Shown here piece after piece: positions 26,201 through 39,150 of a stretch of DNA of 64,000 nt. Source of the DNA: Seison nebaliae (taxonomy: Eukaryota); contig JALJEE010003057.1 of assembly GCA_023231475.1 (NCBI GenBank), forward strand, positions 62,001-126,000, written 5' to 3'. Position numbers and translations under genes: made by a program. The stretch's first letter is position 1. The number at the start of each line of letters is the position of its first letter. The notes under the pieces were generated by a model. The model did no database searches and had not been told where the DNA came from. It saw only the letters and a list, made by a program, of their open reading frames with translations.

Positions 26201-27217
26201 AATTGGGAAGGATGAGAGAAGTTGTCTAGAGGAATGTCGACGAATAACTTGCCTGACATTGTGTTTGGTTTGCGTCTCATGAAATTTGCTACATCGATCG
26301 TTACAGTGCGTACGTAAATATGTGGATGATGGTATTAGAGGGGAGGATAAACCATCAGGAAAACGATAAGCAGGAGATTATCGGAAGAATTAATAGTATA
26401 ATATGACAACTGATTATATGTAATAATAACATTGTCATTTCATTAGAGATATGTATTATCCATATTTATTTCTATATTCAGAGATTGGGAAGAAAATTGT
26501 TCTCGGAAAAAAACTTTCTTCATCTTCATATACTTACGTATAATGATGCATAACATCACATAATGTTTTATGGGAAGCATGCACAAATATATTTATTTAA
26601 CAATCTACATGGGTGCACACTTCGTCCCCCCTCCTCCCAAATACAATGCATTAATGTCACTAATAGACAGATGTCAATGTGTATACTTCCCATTATTGTT
26701 CTCCCCCCTTCTCAACCCTAAATAAAATCGTAAGAGAAATGAAGAAATTATTCTTTTATAAATGTTAGTTACGTATAATGTTACAGTTGGCAATAGGCCA
26801 CCCGCGTACACATGTAGTGCTTGGAAGGATATGTTAATGTGCACATACACCATCGATTCACATCCAGCATTCGTCAAATGCGATTCACCTACTTTTATTT
26901 GTCATCATTGCTATTCTACTCGTCTTCATTCGTTCATTGTTCGTTTGCTCATTGAAAATAACGATCATTATTCCCACCATATACGTAACGTATACATGTG
27001 ATGTCGGTGCATATTCATTACAGCAGATATTTTATTAAAACTGTATGGATGTGAGAAATGATATTGATAAGGACCATAAATATCGGGCAGGAAAAATTTT
27101 TTATTGTACGATTGTTTGAATGATCATAACATTTATTGGACGGGGAAGAGATATTGCTGGTAGTGTCGAAGAGGCAGGACCGTACAATGGAAATTTTGAC
27201 GAGCACCTTCCAACATT

Positions 27218-27243
27218 GAGAGAGAGAGAGAGAGAAAGAGAGA
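27218..27243. repeat. (GA)n microsatellite
   Basis: gagagagagagagagaaagagagaag. Confidence 0.7.
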
Positions 27244-30200
27244 AGAAAGGCGATAGTATCAGATAGAGAAGAAGTGTTAAAGAAGGTCGATGAAATTCAG
27301 ATGGAAATATGTTCAACATCGAGTAAGATGACTGAATTGACGGGAGGAGAATGTGAGAATGAATGAAGTAAAAATGAAATTAATAAAATTTCATATTTTA
27401 CCTAAAAATTTCCCATTATTCTTCTCGAGAACTACGATCTTTATATACTACGAGAACTATACGTCAAATACATCTTTGACTTCGCTCCATTACGTAAGAT
27501 GTGAAAAGAATTATATTAAGTTCTCAAATTTTTTTAGCAATTTTCGCTTCATTTTATTGTTTAAAACAATCTGGAGGAGAATAGTTTATTAATTTCGATT
27601 TATTTCCGCCGTCCGCATTCCTTTTTATAATTCTCCTTTTCTTCCACTTTCATTCATTATTCTTCTCGTGCTACTTTTTTGGGATTGTTCAATTTGACTT
27701 ATTCTTATGCATAATTGCATTGTTTGCCTTAATGGAAGGGAAGAAAATAATTTTTCTTGGAAATTTAATTTGACTATTTTACAACTTGACTCATCGTCAT
27801 AAATATGTTCCTTTTTCTCCAATTATGCCGTCTAACAACTCGTTTCCTTGCTCAATTATTCCTTTGTTGAAGATTCGATTAAGATACTAATTACATATGG
27901 ATGAGATAAGTTTGTGTAAAAAGTTTCTTATTTTACATTTTACAAATACAGTCTCTCAACTAAGTAGTCGTGTATGTAAAGATTCGATTCCTAGGTCTGA
28001 TCGAAACTTAATCAATCCAGTTTTCAATATACAACTATATTAATATTTACATGGAAATAATTTCTTTCAATATTGACGATAATAGTAATAATAATGGGAG
28101 GAGAATATTATTAAATATTCATTCGATAAAGTACGAGTGCAAATAACAATGACTAATGCAACTTTATTTCTCCACCACTTCGTCCTCCTTCTCCTAATCT
28201 TTTCTTCAAGAAGTTTTATCTTTCCTAATTCTTGTATCTTCTCCTACAGATTAACTAATTATTATTGTCTCGTCAACTTTATTATATTCAGTTATTATTG
28301 ATTGAGAGGTAAACCTTACTCTCCTCCTAACTCTATTACGAGACAGAATCATCCATTCTCCTCTTCGATTTGGAAGGTTTTGATAAGATAATTTGGAATA
28401 TTAATTCAGAGTATTCCAACTTTCGGAGAAGATTGATGCACATGTTTCCCATTCAAACAAATAAAGGAAGATGAACGTCATATGCATAAGTATAAGTGCT
28501 TGACCTTCCTTATCCACTCGTTCATCCATCTATTATACGTATGTAACATAAAGTTTTTATCGTCGTACGTCGATATAAAAGAGTCGTGACAGATTATGGA
28601 GACAATCAAAATTTCTAAAAAGGAGAGTTCCCATCCGTATACTCTCATTTTCTTCATCGTCCTTAAAGCGCAATTAATATTTAGAGTTTTTCTTTATTAC
28701 TCTCCCGTATTTCCTGGTAAATGGGAAAAACCGGATAAAACAAAATCTACACATATTAACCTAATCCCACTATTTTTACTACGCTTTTCATGTTTTATAG
28801 TATATACAAAGTATTTAAATATTTTGATAATGTTAGGTCAAGGTTTTTAAATGATCAACAAAAAAAAATTTTCAAAAATTTTTAAAATGAAGTACTAATT
28901 TTTGAATTTAAATCAATTTTTTAAGTCTTATAGTATTTCTGTAATATTATAATCATTTCCATTACAATGGCAAAATCGAGAGTAAATGATTGCTGAAATT
29001 TGGTTGAAGAAGTTTCAGAGATGTAGTTGAATTGAAATGGAGATATCCTGTCAAAATATTCAACAATTCCATATTCTATTGTTACTCATTATTTGTTAGT
29101 AATATTATTCGTTTCACATTTACGTATTTCATCTTTTTACTCAATCACTTACTTTCATCTACTTCTTTTCTGACCTTTACAATCCTTTCTACTACTGGAA
29201 CGGAAACCGAGTATGGACTCATTCGTTGTAGTTGTTGCCTTTTCCAATTCTGAGAAGAAAGTTCATTTTATTTTGTTGATCGTTCCAACTAATGTTCCTT
29301 TTGTCATTTAATTGATTAATTATTATCAAATATTTAAAGACTACTACTACTATTCGAGAAGAAAGTCTTATTAAAAAGAACTTCGGTACTTTTCTAGAAT
29401 TGGTCTTGAGTTTTTTCGGCAGAAATATTTTCGGAGGAAATATATGGAGGAATTGTTTCACTTTTGGTAGTTGAATGATTAAATTGAAAAGTAGAACTCG
29501 GAGAATAATAGATAGCGATGAATAACCAATAATCTAAAAGGAAACTAATTATAATAATTAACGTATATGCAAATAATTTTGACCTTTACATCTGTTTTTT
29601 TCTGTCCATACTATTTACTCTAAATTTCTTTTGCCTTACAAATTTGGATATCTTGCATTTCCTTATATTTAATTTCATATATGTCAATGCACAATTCCTT
29701 CTAATTAATATGTTATGTCTTCCATCCCTACGTTGATAGATGGACATTTATTTCTAGAAACGTATGTATCGCATTTGTACATAGAAATAGTGCACGTATA
29801 ATGCACAATAAAATCCTTCCTATATATTTAGGAGAATTTATTGACAAATACTCGTAATCGAGGCTGAAAATCTCATGTATATGTGTCAAATTTCTCAATT
29901 AACCTAATAGAATTGTCCAATACCTTTCATTCGGTCATATGTATGAGAATATTCGGAAATAACTTTATTCTTTCCAACTCCCTTCTATTATCGCGAAAAT
30001 ATATTAATTGAGATGTTTCATGTGCAAATAATAAATATCCTTATTCAAATTATCAATAATGACATTTATTTAACTGAAATTTCACTATAAATTAACGGAT
30101 ATGTTATAGGAATTATTATCATCTCTATATGTGCAATTATAATAGAGCGTGCAAATATAAAGTAGTAGTAAATAAGTAAGGACATAAAATTATTTGGGTA

Positions 30201-31478
30201 TATTACAGGAAACAAAGGACCATATTGGGAAAAAATTGGGATGAACATAGAAAGAAAAGTATTATGATGTATATATATATATATGAATTCGTCGAATCAG
30301 TTGCTATGAATGAAAAGAATATTAAGAATTAAATAGTAAATTGGATAGGAACAGTCAGAAAGATTCATTAATATTTAACTTTATTCTATCAATAAAGTTT
30401 TCGAATATTGACAGAGATTAATTCAATGCTTATCATGACCATTGTTCTAATGAAGGAAATATATGATATTGATCAGACACAAGCAATACCAGGGAAAATG
30501 AGATTAATGAAATTCAAAATTTATGTTCTAACCAATTTCACTCGTATTATTTCTCCCACTTCTCATTTTCTCACCTTGATGTTCCTTTTGAAAATCGTCT
30601 TTCTTTTCCTCATTTCGTCCATTTGTCTCTGACAGATATCTCGTTAATTTCTAACATCGATCGATCTGTCGAATGGGAATCATGCTATGAAAATTTGTTT
30701 ACACTTTTATTATTATGCCATAACATATCGTGTGTCGATATCGATGGCAGTGCAATGGTAGCAAAATTCATAAATATTATTATTGTTCATATAAATATGT
30801 CTTGTTTTTCAGACTATATAATATTGGATGAATGAATTGATTACTTTGAACTAAAAAAAGAAGAAGTTTAGAATTTTTCGGTTTGTTTGAAATTTGGAAT
30901 GAACCTCGATTTCCTACCAATAATTCATTGACAATGTTTTTCAATATAATTATTATAATTCCGAGTATTATGTCAACTCAATTTCATGTCAATACGAATG
31001 TAGGATGTAAAAAGAGTATAATAATTATGTTCGTCATTCCGATTTATTGTTCGATGGAGACTTGTCTCTCAGAATGGATAGTGAACAATTTGAAGTAGTT
31101 TGAATTAATGGACGACTTGTCTATGATATGAGATAAATATGAATGAATTATCCTTTTATTCATTATTATACGACAAGTGACATTCATTACGAGAATGGTA
31201 ATTAGCTTTTGTTGTTTAACCGACAACGATGATTTGAAAGATTATTCTCATTTTGATGCTAATAAAATATGTTAATATTAAACTACTAGAAAGAATTGTC
31301 TTCCCAATCAGCATTCTCTAACCAAAGACGAATTGCTTATTCTCCATTTGTTTCGTTGAAGTAACAAAGTGGGATTGTGATTGTCGATGAATTAATCACC
31401 ATCATCATCATTTTATCATTATCATCGATCGTAGAATTAATGAATAAATTTTATTCTTTTATATGATCAGATGACGAA

Positions 31479-34400
31479 ATGTCGGTATCGAATATCGTGA
31501 AGCATTGCCTGGAAGGCATCCGCATAGGCGATGGCTTCTATGAGGATTCATCGAAAATTCATCATTTCTACTTGTCTGATGCTGTTGTGAGTGACACAGA
31601 GAACGATATTAAGACTCGAAAGGCTTCCAATACATCACGTGCTACTATCGGATTGATTGAAGCAGAAAAACTGATTGTCGATGCCTCTGTCACGTCACAT
31701 AGAAAGCATCGATGTAGGAAGATGAGTATTGGACATGTTGATAAAGATGGAACGCCCAGTGTCTCACAAACGGCACAATGGGCTTTCGGTGAGAAGAGAA
31801 ATAACCGAATATCAGTTCAACGACCAACACAAAAATATAATTTATATTATGAATTACCGACACAAAAACGTAATGATCACACATCTCGATCTATAACGAA
31901 TGTCAACGAAACTAATAATAATAATAACAACAACAACAACAACAACATCAACGACAATAAAAATAATAATAATAATAAAACATCAAGAAAATCTTCGATT
32001 TCAAAAACGATCGTAAATAAAGTAGTGAAGAATAAGAAACAATCAATTTACAATAGCACAACATCAATTATTTCACTATTTCGTACCAAGAAGAATGGAT
32101 CACCACCGAAAGATAAGACGCAAAGCAAAGTTGATAAATCGAACGAAGTATTGGACAAAATAGTGACATCGTCAATAACCAATTGTGTCGATACAGTTAC
32201 AACGATGAATACACCATTAATGAGCACGTCATCAACAACAACTACTACCACTCCTGCAATGTCGTTGCCGATTCAACGGAAATGTTATGACGATCCATAT
32301 AATTTATATCATCAACAACGTCTAACTACGAATTGTTCGGAGGCATCAGATTTAATATCAACTCAAAATGATGGAATCATACAAAAGAAATCGAAAGAAA
32401 TCGAATTTCTCAACAATAATATCAACAACAACAATAATAATAAGGTAAGCATTAATTTAAATGAGAATAATTTGAAGAAGGAATGTGTTGATGAAAATAA
32501 AAACATATTCGATGAGAGTAATGTGCTGGACGATGAGCCATTAGAAAATGAAGTTGACCCATGGACTATGCCAGCAATGTCGGAGAATGAGAAGTTGGAG
32601 AATGATGAATCAAAAAATCAAACGGTAGCATCTGCTAGTAATTTGATGGAGAATCCGAATAAAGATAGACAAATGTCATATTTATCTGTTGAACAAAAGC
32701 AATCGGCTGCAGCTGTAACTACAGCTACTGCATCATCATTATCAACAACAACAACAACAACGACCAATTCTATAAGTATACCGTTCAGTACAAATGCCAA
32801 CATTTCTCTCAGGTCGGTTCAATCGAATAATGAAAATGAAATTTATACAGAAGATAAATTGGTGACGAAACAACCATCTTGGCAATCGACAAGAACTGCG
32901 TTTGATCCCCCACAATCTATGCCATTGAAGAAGAAACTTCAGCCGTCGAATACGATTTTGAGGAGTGAATCATCCGAATCCTTCTCCGATTCGGGATCAT
33001 ACGCTGCATTTGCAGAACTCGATTTAGATGGTGACGGTGCAATTACCGTTTCCGAATTGGGAAAAGTAATGAGAAGTTTAGGAATGCGACCATCTGACGT
33101 CGAATTGAGAACGATGATAAATTCAGCTGATCAGGACGGAAATGGAACGATAGAATTTGATGAATTTCGAGCATTATTTAGAAAGACATCACATCCCGCT
33201 CCAACTACAACAAAACCACTTCGAGCGGCAAATGATTGGATCATCCATAAATTCCATGACATTCGTCGCAGACATCATCGTCTGATGAGTAACAAGAGGA
33301 AGAGAGCGTCATCCATTGCTAATCATTTCCGTTCAGCAATACGTCCGAGTAAGAAAGATATAAAGAAGGAAGATGAGAAAATGAAAAATAATTATTTATT
33401 CGATACTTTCAAAGCGTTCGATCGTGATGGAAATGGTTTGATTAGTATCGAAGAGATTAGTGCCGTTATGAAATATTTGGGTTCTTTTTTTTTCATTTCA
33501 AATAAAATATTTTTTATTTTCTTTATTCTCTTCATTTAAAGGTGAAGATTTGACTGATGCAGATTTGCGTGAAATGATGATGGAAGCTGATCGTGATGGT
33601 GACGGCTATATTAGTTTCGAAGGTTCCATTTTCCTCAACTATTTATTTAAATTAATTTATTCTTCTTTAAAGATTTTAATTCGTTAACACAAGATTTGGA
33701 TGATATACGAAAGAAGATGGACAAACAGAAAAAGAAACAATTACAAATGAATAAAGGAAAAGGAAAAATATTGGAAACTGGAGAAGAATTGAACGAAGAG
33801 ATATTCACCAATACAATGGGACGAACGAGTAAGAAACCGAGTACTTCCCAAATCGATCGAATGTTAATTTATAACGAATCGATGAATCAAAAGAGTGATC
33901 AACCATCAAGTAATAGTGAAGGTGAGAATAATGTCATTATCATAGATATGGAAAGAAATCATGAACAATCTGATTATTTCAAAACGATTCATCGATTGAA
34001 AAAGTCTATTAATCCGGTCACACCATTAGAAAATGAAAAACGAACAGAAATCAATGCTTTGAAACAAATTAAAACGACACCTCAAACACAAACGAAAACG
34101 AATATCATACAACCAAATCACACGTCAATTTATCAGAAGAAGAATGAATCGGATAATTCCGATCCAACCAATTTGGATCAATACGCTCGTCTACGTAACA
34201 TCCGACGTCAATATCAGCCATATACTTCAGACAAATCGAATAATGAATTAGAATTGAACTCAAATTCAACTGTATCAACTCGCGGTGAGCAAGATTATCT
34301 CTTAAATTTTCATGATGCAAAAAAAGTTTCTGTAATTGATGAAACACAATTGAAACAAGAACCGAATGGAATTCTAATAGAAGAGAAGATGAATGAATTG

Positions 34401-34715
34401 AATTTGAATGAGAAGAAGAATTTGGATAATCATAATAATTTTCATGAATTAGATAAGAAAATTGATGAGAATTGGATTGAAGATAAGAATCGACTTGTCA
34501 ATAATTATCGGAAGAATATTCCCGACGAATTAGTGGGAAAGAATGGAGTGGAAGAATTAATGGGAAAGAATACGATAGATGAAATGTTGGTGAATGAAAA
34601 TGATGAAATTTCACAACCTTTCATTCCCAATCATGTTCAATCGATACCGTTTGCTGATATCTCTTCATATAGTCTCGCACCCTATGCAATGCAATCAAAG
34701 TCGATGAATAAATGA
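31479..34715 (+). CDS. About 1041-aa low-complexity protein with a four-EF-hand calmodulin-like core; introns 33481-33541 and 33623-33672; an upstream exon is possible (acceptor CAG at 31470)
   Basis: EF loops [36 protein letters not shown] and [12 protein letters not shown], with CaM-like linkers [22 protein letters not shown] and [14 protein letters not shown]. Splicing joins the 686-aa and 339-aa ORFs in frame. Confidence 0.85.
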
Positions 34716-35093
34716 TGAAACCATCATCTCTTCCATCAACCTCCAATTGCTTCTTCATCTACATATAAATTCATTATTTTTCTATTGTATATTCTTAAGC
34801 AAATATTCAAATTATATCCATCATTCAAATGTTATTACGATTCTATATTTTAGATAAATAATAATAGTTTAACATTCAACTCTTCGTAAAAAAAAATCTT
34901 TTTTTATTTCCTTTTCCTTTCTTATAAAAATTTCACAAACAATTCGTCTCATCTTCTTCATTTCCATCATTTCTTCTATTGTAATCATTCTCCAGTAACA
35001 CAATCACAACGTCATTTCTCCCAAATCATTTTATTCACAAAAATTTAAACGAAAAATAAACATGATTTAACTAAAAACAAAAATGAAATAAAT

Positions 35094-36743
35094 TTACTCA
35101 CCTTTCACTTTATTAGACGTAGATATGAAAAATGGTCTTATGAAAAAATTGTAGATGGTATAAAAAGCGATAAGTGAAATGAAAACTATCCAGAACTTTA
35201 AAATATTATCTGGTAACGGTTTTAAAATAGTTTGTTTGTCGAATTTAACGACGATTAATATTTCGGTAACAATAATCACAGCCATGATCCATGCTTGACT
35301 TCCAAATTTCTTACATTTGTCATTATCTAAATATTCATAAACTTCTCTCATGGAAACTCCGCCGGCCAATAACAAGAATATTAAACGAGCACCACATAAG
35401 TTATGAGGTGGGGGAACCCAAAGAATGAATTTCAAATAGAAAGTTCCCAATTCAGCCAACAGGAACATCGAGATAACGAATAACATGGCCAACCATCGTT
35501 TGACGGAAGAGAATGGACGCCAAGCGAATTTCTGCCAACTTCTTGGAGCGAATTGTGTCGCCATTCTCCCTAATTTATCTTTATATGAATCGATAGCCCA
35601 CAAATTTCTCCAATCATATTTCTTCATTTCAAAATAAAGACATGTTTTCATTCCCAAATATATACCGAGATTGTTACAAATGAGAACATCAAGAAAAACA
35701 TGATCCCACCAACATTCACTAAAATTGGGTAACTGATGTTCCAGAGTGTATTCCATCACTTCGAACATAATACTTAGAACCCAACATAACCAATAATCTC
35801 GAAGGATTAAAGTTTTCAGCCACCACCCAAAAAAATGTACTGGAACAAATTCATCAACTTTATCCTGTTGAAAACAGAAAAAAATTAAAGAAATTTTAAA
35901 AGCATTTCAATAAAAACTATCAAATTTGAATTATGTTAAAGAAATTGGTGAAATTGACAAATTAACTAATGAATAAAATATTGATGAAAATTTGAAAATG
36001 AAAAAAATTAAGATAAATTTAAAATGAAAAAATTATGAATAAAATTAACTATAAAATTATGGAAAGGATTAGCCGTATTGTTTGGATCATAAAACATACA
36101 ATTTCCACCATAATCTCTTTCTTCTAATGGAACTCCCAATTTAGGATCGATATGTTTTAGCAGTTTTCTGGCATCATTTACATTCTTTTCATGGAAATTA
36201 AATTAGAATTAAAAGCAAATTGAAAAATTGGGAACTTGAAAGATAAGATATACCAGAATCATTTCATATAATAGAGAAATTGTTAGAACTGTTTTCCAAA
36301 CAACTAATTAATGGAATTGAAGTGAATAGGAATCAGAGAAAATGGGTACCTGGATGTGGACGAACGAACAATCCATCAGGAGTTTGTGTAATACCAAAAA
36401 TTAATAAGAGAATTCCACATGCGATAATACCTCTTCGACAATTGTTGGTGGAATCGGTAGATGTCGGTTCGATTAACGCCACATAGAACAAGACGGAAAT
36501 TAATAGAATGAGAACGGTTATTCGGTGGGCTCTCCAAAAAAATGTATTAGGTGCACGATTATCATTTTCAGTATTCGTTCGAATGGAACGATTGGAATTA
36601 GTCTCGTTATCGGAATTAACTAAGGAAGTCGTTCTATTTTCAGATATATCTTCCACTTTATTATTTTCCGTTTCATCTTCCGATTCTACCCTACTATTAT
36701 CGCCGTCTGAATAACATCTTATTCGCTTACCGATATAATTCAT
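35094..36743 (-). CDS. PTDSS2: Phosphatidylserine synthase 2; 4 exons
   Basis: [101 protein letters not shown]. Confidence 0.93.
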
Positions 36744-37133
36744 CGCAAATATGAAAAGAAAAGCTAACTTTATAATTTTTATGGATCGATAATATTTTGA
36801 CTTCTTCTTATCATTTCCAATAGTTCGGTGTCAGAAAAAATAAACCGTTTTTAATTGTTCGCTTTTAAAACAATGAAATAATATAACAATTATCCTATCT
36901 TTTAATTAGATGTAATCAAATTAGTTAAAAGAAGTTTATTCGTTTATTTAAAATAACTTTGTATTCTTTATATTTCAATATTCTGATGAGAGAAAGAATA
37001 AAATAAAATATCATCGTTATCGGCATATCAGATAAAGAAATTAACAATTTGAAAAAGAAGAATTTGAAAGAAATTCTATAACCTCACTTGGGAATTGTAG
37101 GGAATGACAACAAGTAATTCAGACATAGAGAAT

Positions 37134-37397
37134 GAATCCCGATGTTTTCGCCACCCTAATAATTGACAGTTCACCACCCTACTTATGTATTTTTGCTGTT
37201 TTCGCCACTCTTTTATACAAATATATATGTATTTTTGACGTTTTACGCCACCTTTATATACAAATCAGAACTGTATTTTCCAGGTGACATCAGAGAATAC
37301 CAAAATACATAAGTAAGGTGGCGAACTGTCCATTATTAGGGTGGCGAACTGTCCGAATGAGAGTGGAAATAAAAGGTTGGCGAAAACACCGTGTACC
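37134..37397. mobile_element. Non-autonomous foldback DNA transposon (MITE), 264 bp, with 8-bp TSD TAGAGAAT
   Basis: TAGAGAAT at 37126-37133 and 37398-37405. Near-terminal inverted repeats cgatgttttcgcca / tggcgaaaacaccg. About 48-bp subterminal inverted arms (tcgccaccctaataattgacagttcaccaccctacttatgtattttt versus aaaatacataagtaaggtggcgaactgtccattattagggtggcga), plus internal tandem (t)tcgccac units. Confidence 0.85.
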
Positions 37398-39150
37398 TAG
37401 AGAATTACATATTTTACTAGTTTATATTACCATAATACTCAGGAGAAAACCTCATATTCGAAAATTCGTCAAAAATTATCCGAACCATTTCTTGTATTGC
37501 TGTTATCTAACAAGTAAGGAGAAACAAATTGATCATCAAAGTCATGGACATAATATGGACGAATTTGGATCAAATTTGGTAGCAACATGGTTTTTTCGAA
37601 TAAACTCATTTAGTTCAATTTTCTATTTCTTCTCAATAATATTGTTCAATAAAAAAGACAATTGCGTTGAAAAAAAAGTCAAAAAAATCGAAAAATATTT
37701 TTCATTTCAATTTGCTTAAACTATTCGATCCAATGAATCCACATCGTTACACTTATTCACGTCAATTATCGGACGTTATTCAAGAAATGGAGACAAAGTT
37801 CCATTTTGTAGAGAGATGGATGAACAAATTCCATTACATACCCATTCATTTGAAAGACGGAATAATCCGTTTGTATGAAGAATTGAACTTGTACCATTAT
37901 GCAAGTACACAAGAATTTGACGAGCTTCTGAATTCGGTAAAGAATTATGAATTTTTCACAGGTTCTTTCCCTTTAGGTTCATCTCTCTGAAATTAATTGT
38001 ATTTTAAGAAAAAGCGAATGAGAAATGTATCGACACCTATTGTAATAGAAAAGTAGCATGTCCATCGATTTCTGAGATCTCTGATGAAGAGAAGTTTCAG
38101 CAAATGAACAATAAATCAGGATTTGAATCTGTTGCAGAGGATATATCGTATAATCCTGAGAAAAATTCGCCAGTGGAATCTCGAGATAAAAGAAAAAACA
38201 CACCTTCAGAGGCTATATTAGAAATATCCAGAGAACAAACATACATCTTTGTTCGATATGGGCATTTAACAATCGAATATTTGAATAAGAACTGATATAG
38301 ATTCCAACTTATATCTTTTATATATAAATTTATTTGTAAAGTTATTTTTATTCGGTAAATTTTAAAACTATATTTAATTATTCTTCTAAAGTTTTCTTCA
38401 TCTTTTAGATTTCTTTTTAAAGATACAGTTAATTAAAATCAAATACTATCAAAATGAGAAAATGAATATTAAAAACTACTCAAAAATCATAAAAAACAAT
38501 ATCCACCGAATAATTTTAAACATTGTAAAAAATTTTAATTTGAAAAATAAAAATAAATTTCATATTTCACTTATTACTCTTTCGCAATAAATATTTCGAT
38601 TAATGAAAAATTAATAAGTTTCACATTGGTCGGGAATTCATCTTCATTTCAACAGTAGATGAACATTATGTAGGAAAATGCTCGAAATTCTGAATGACTG
38701 CAGTCATTTCACTCTAAATACATCAGCAATTCCTCAACAACTAACAAGTGGGTTTGACAAAAGCGGCAGTAAAACTTCTTCGAAATCTAATTCTAAAGCA
38801 GTTAAAATTACTCCAAAATCCCATTCAAAGCAAAGGATAAAAAGTTCAAGTAACCTAATTAGACTAAAATTATGATCTATTTCATAAAAGCCTAAAAGTG
38901 TTCGTATTTGTTCTAAAACTAGATCTATTTTGGAGAATTCAGGATTAGGGCCCAGTGGAACGTATGTATAATACATAAACAATTTAATATATAGTGAATG
39001 CGTATAGTGATTATCTTTTATAATTATCTTGAACAAAGAATAAAATCCGAAATTTTGGTTTTTAATTTAAATAATAATCAAAATATATAATCAATATATA
39101 ATAAAATGATGAATAATTTTTATAATTAAAAAAAAGTCATTAAAAAATGT

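Noticed and set aside
37134..37397. CRISPR-like repeat array
   Set aside because: Eukaryotic context, repeats in inverted orientation with a flanking TSD, and no regular unique spacers.
38734..39036. Third GH31 repeat (GPNPE..LVLEQ resembles GPTPELVLEQ)
   Set aside because: The GH31 gene already ends at TGA 39151, the similarity is short and gapped, and no other GH31 motifs follow.
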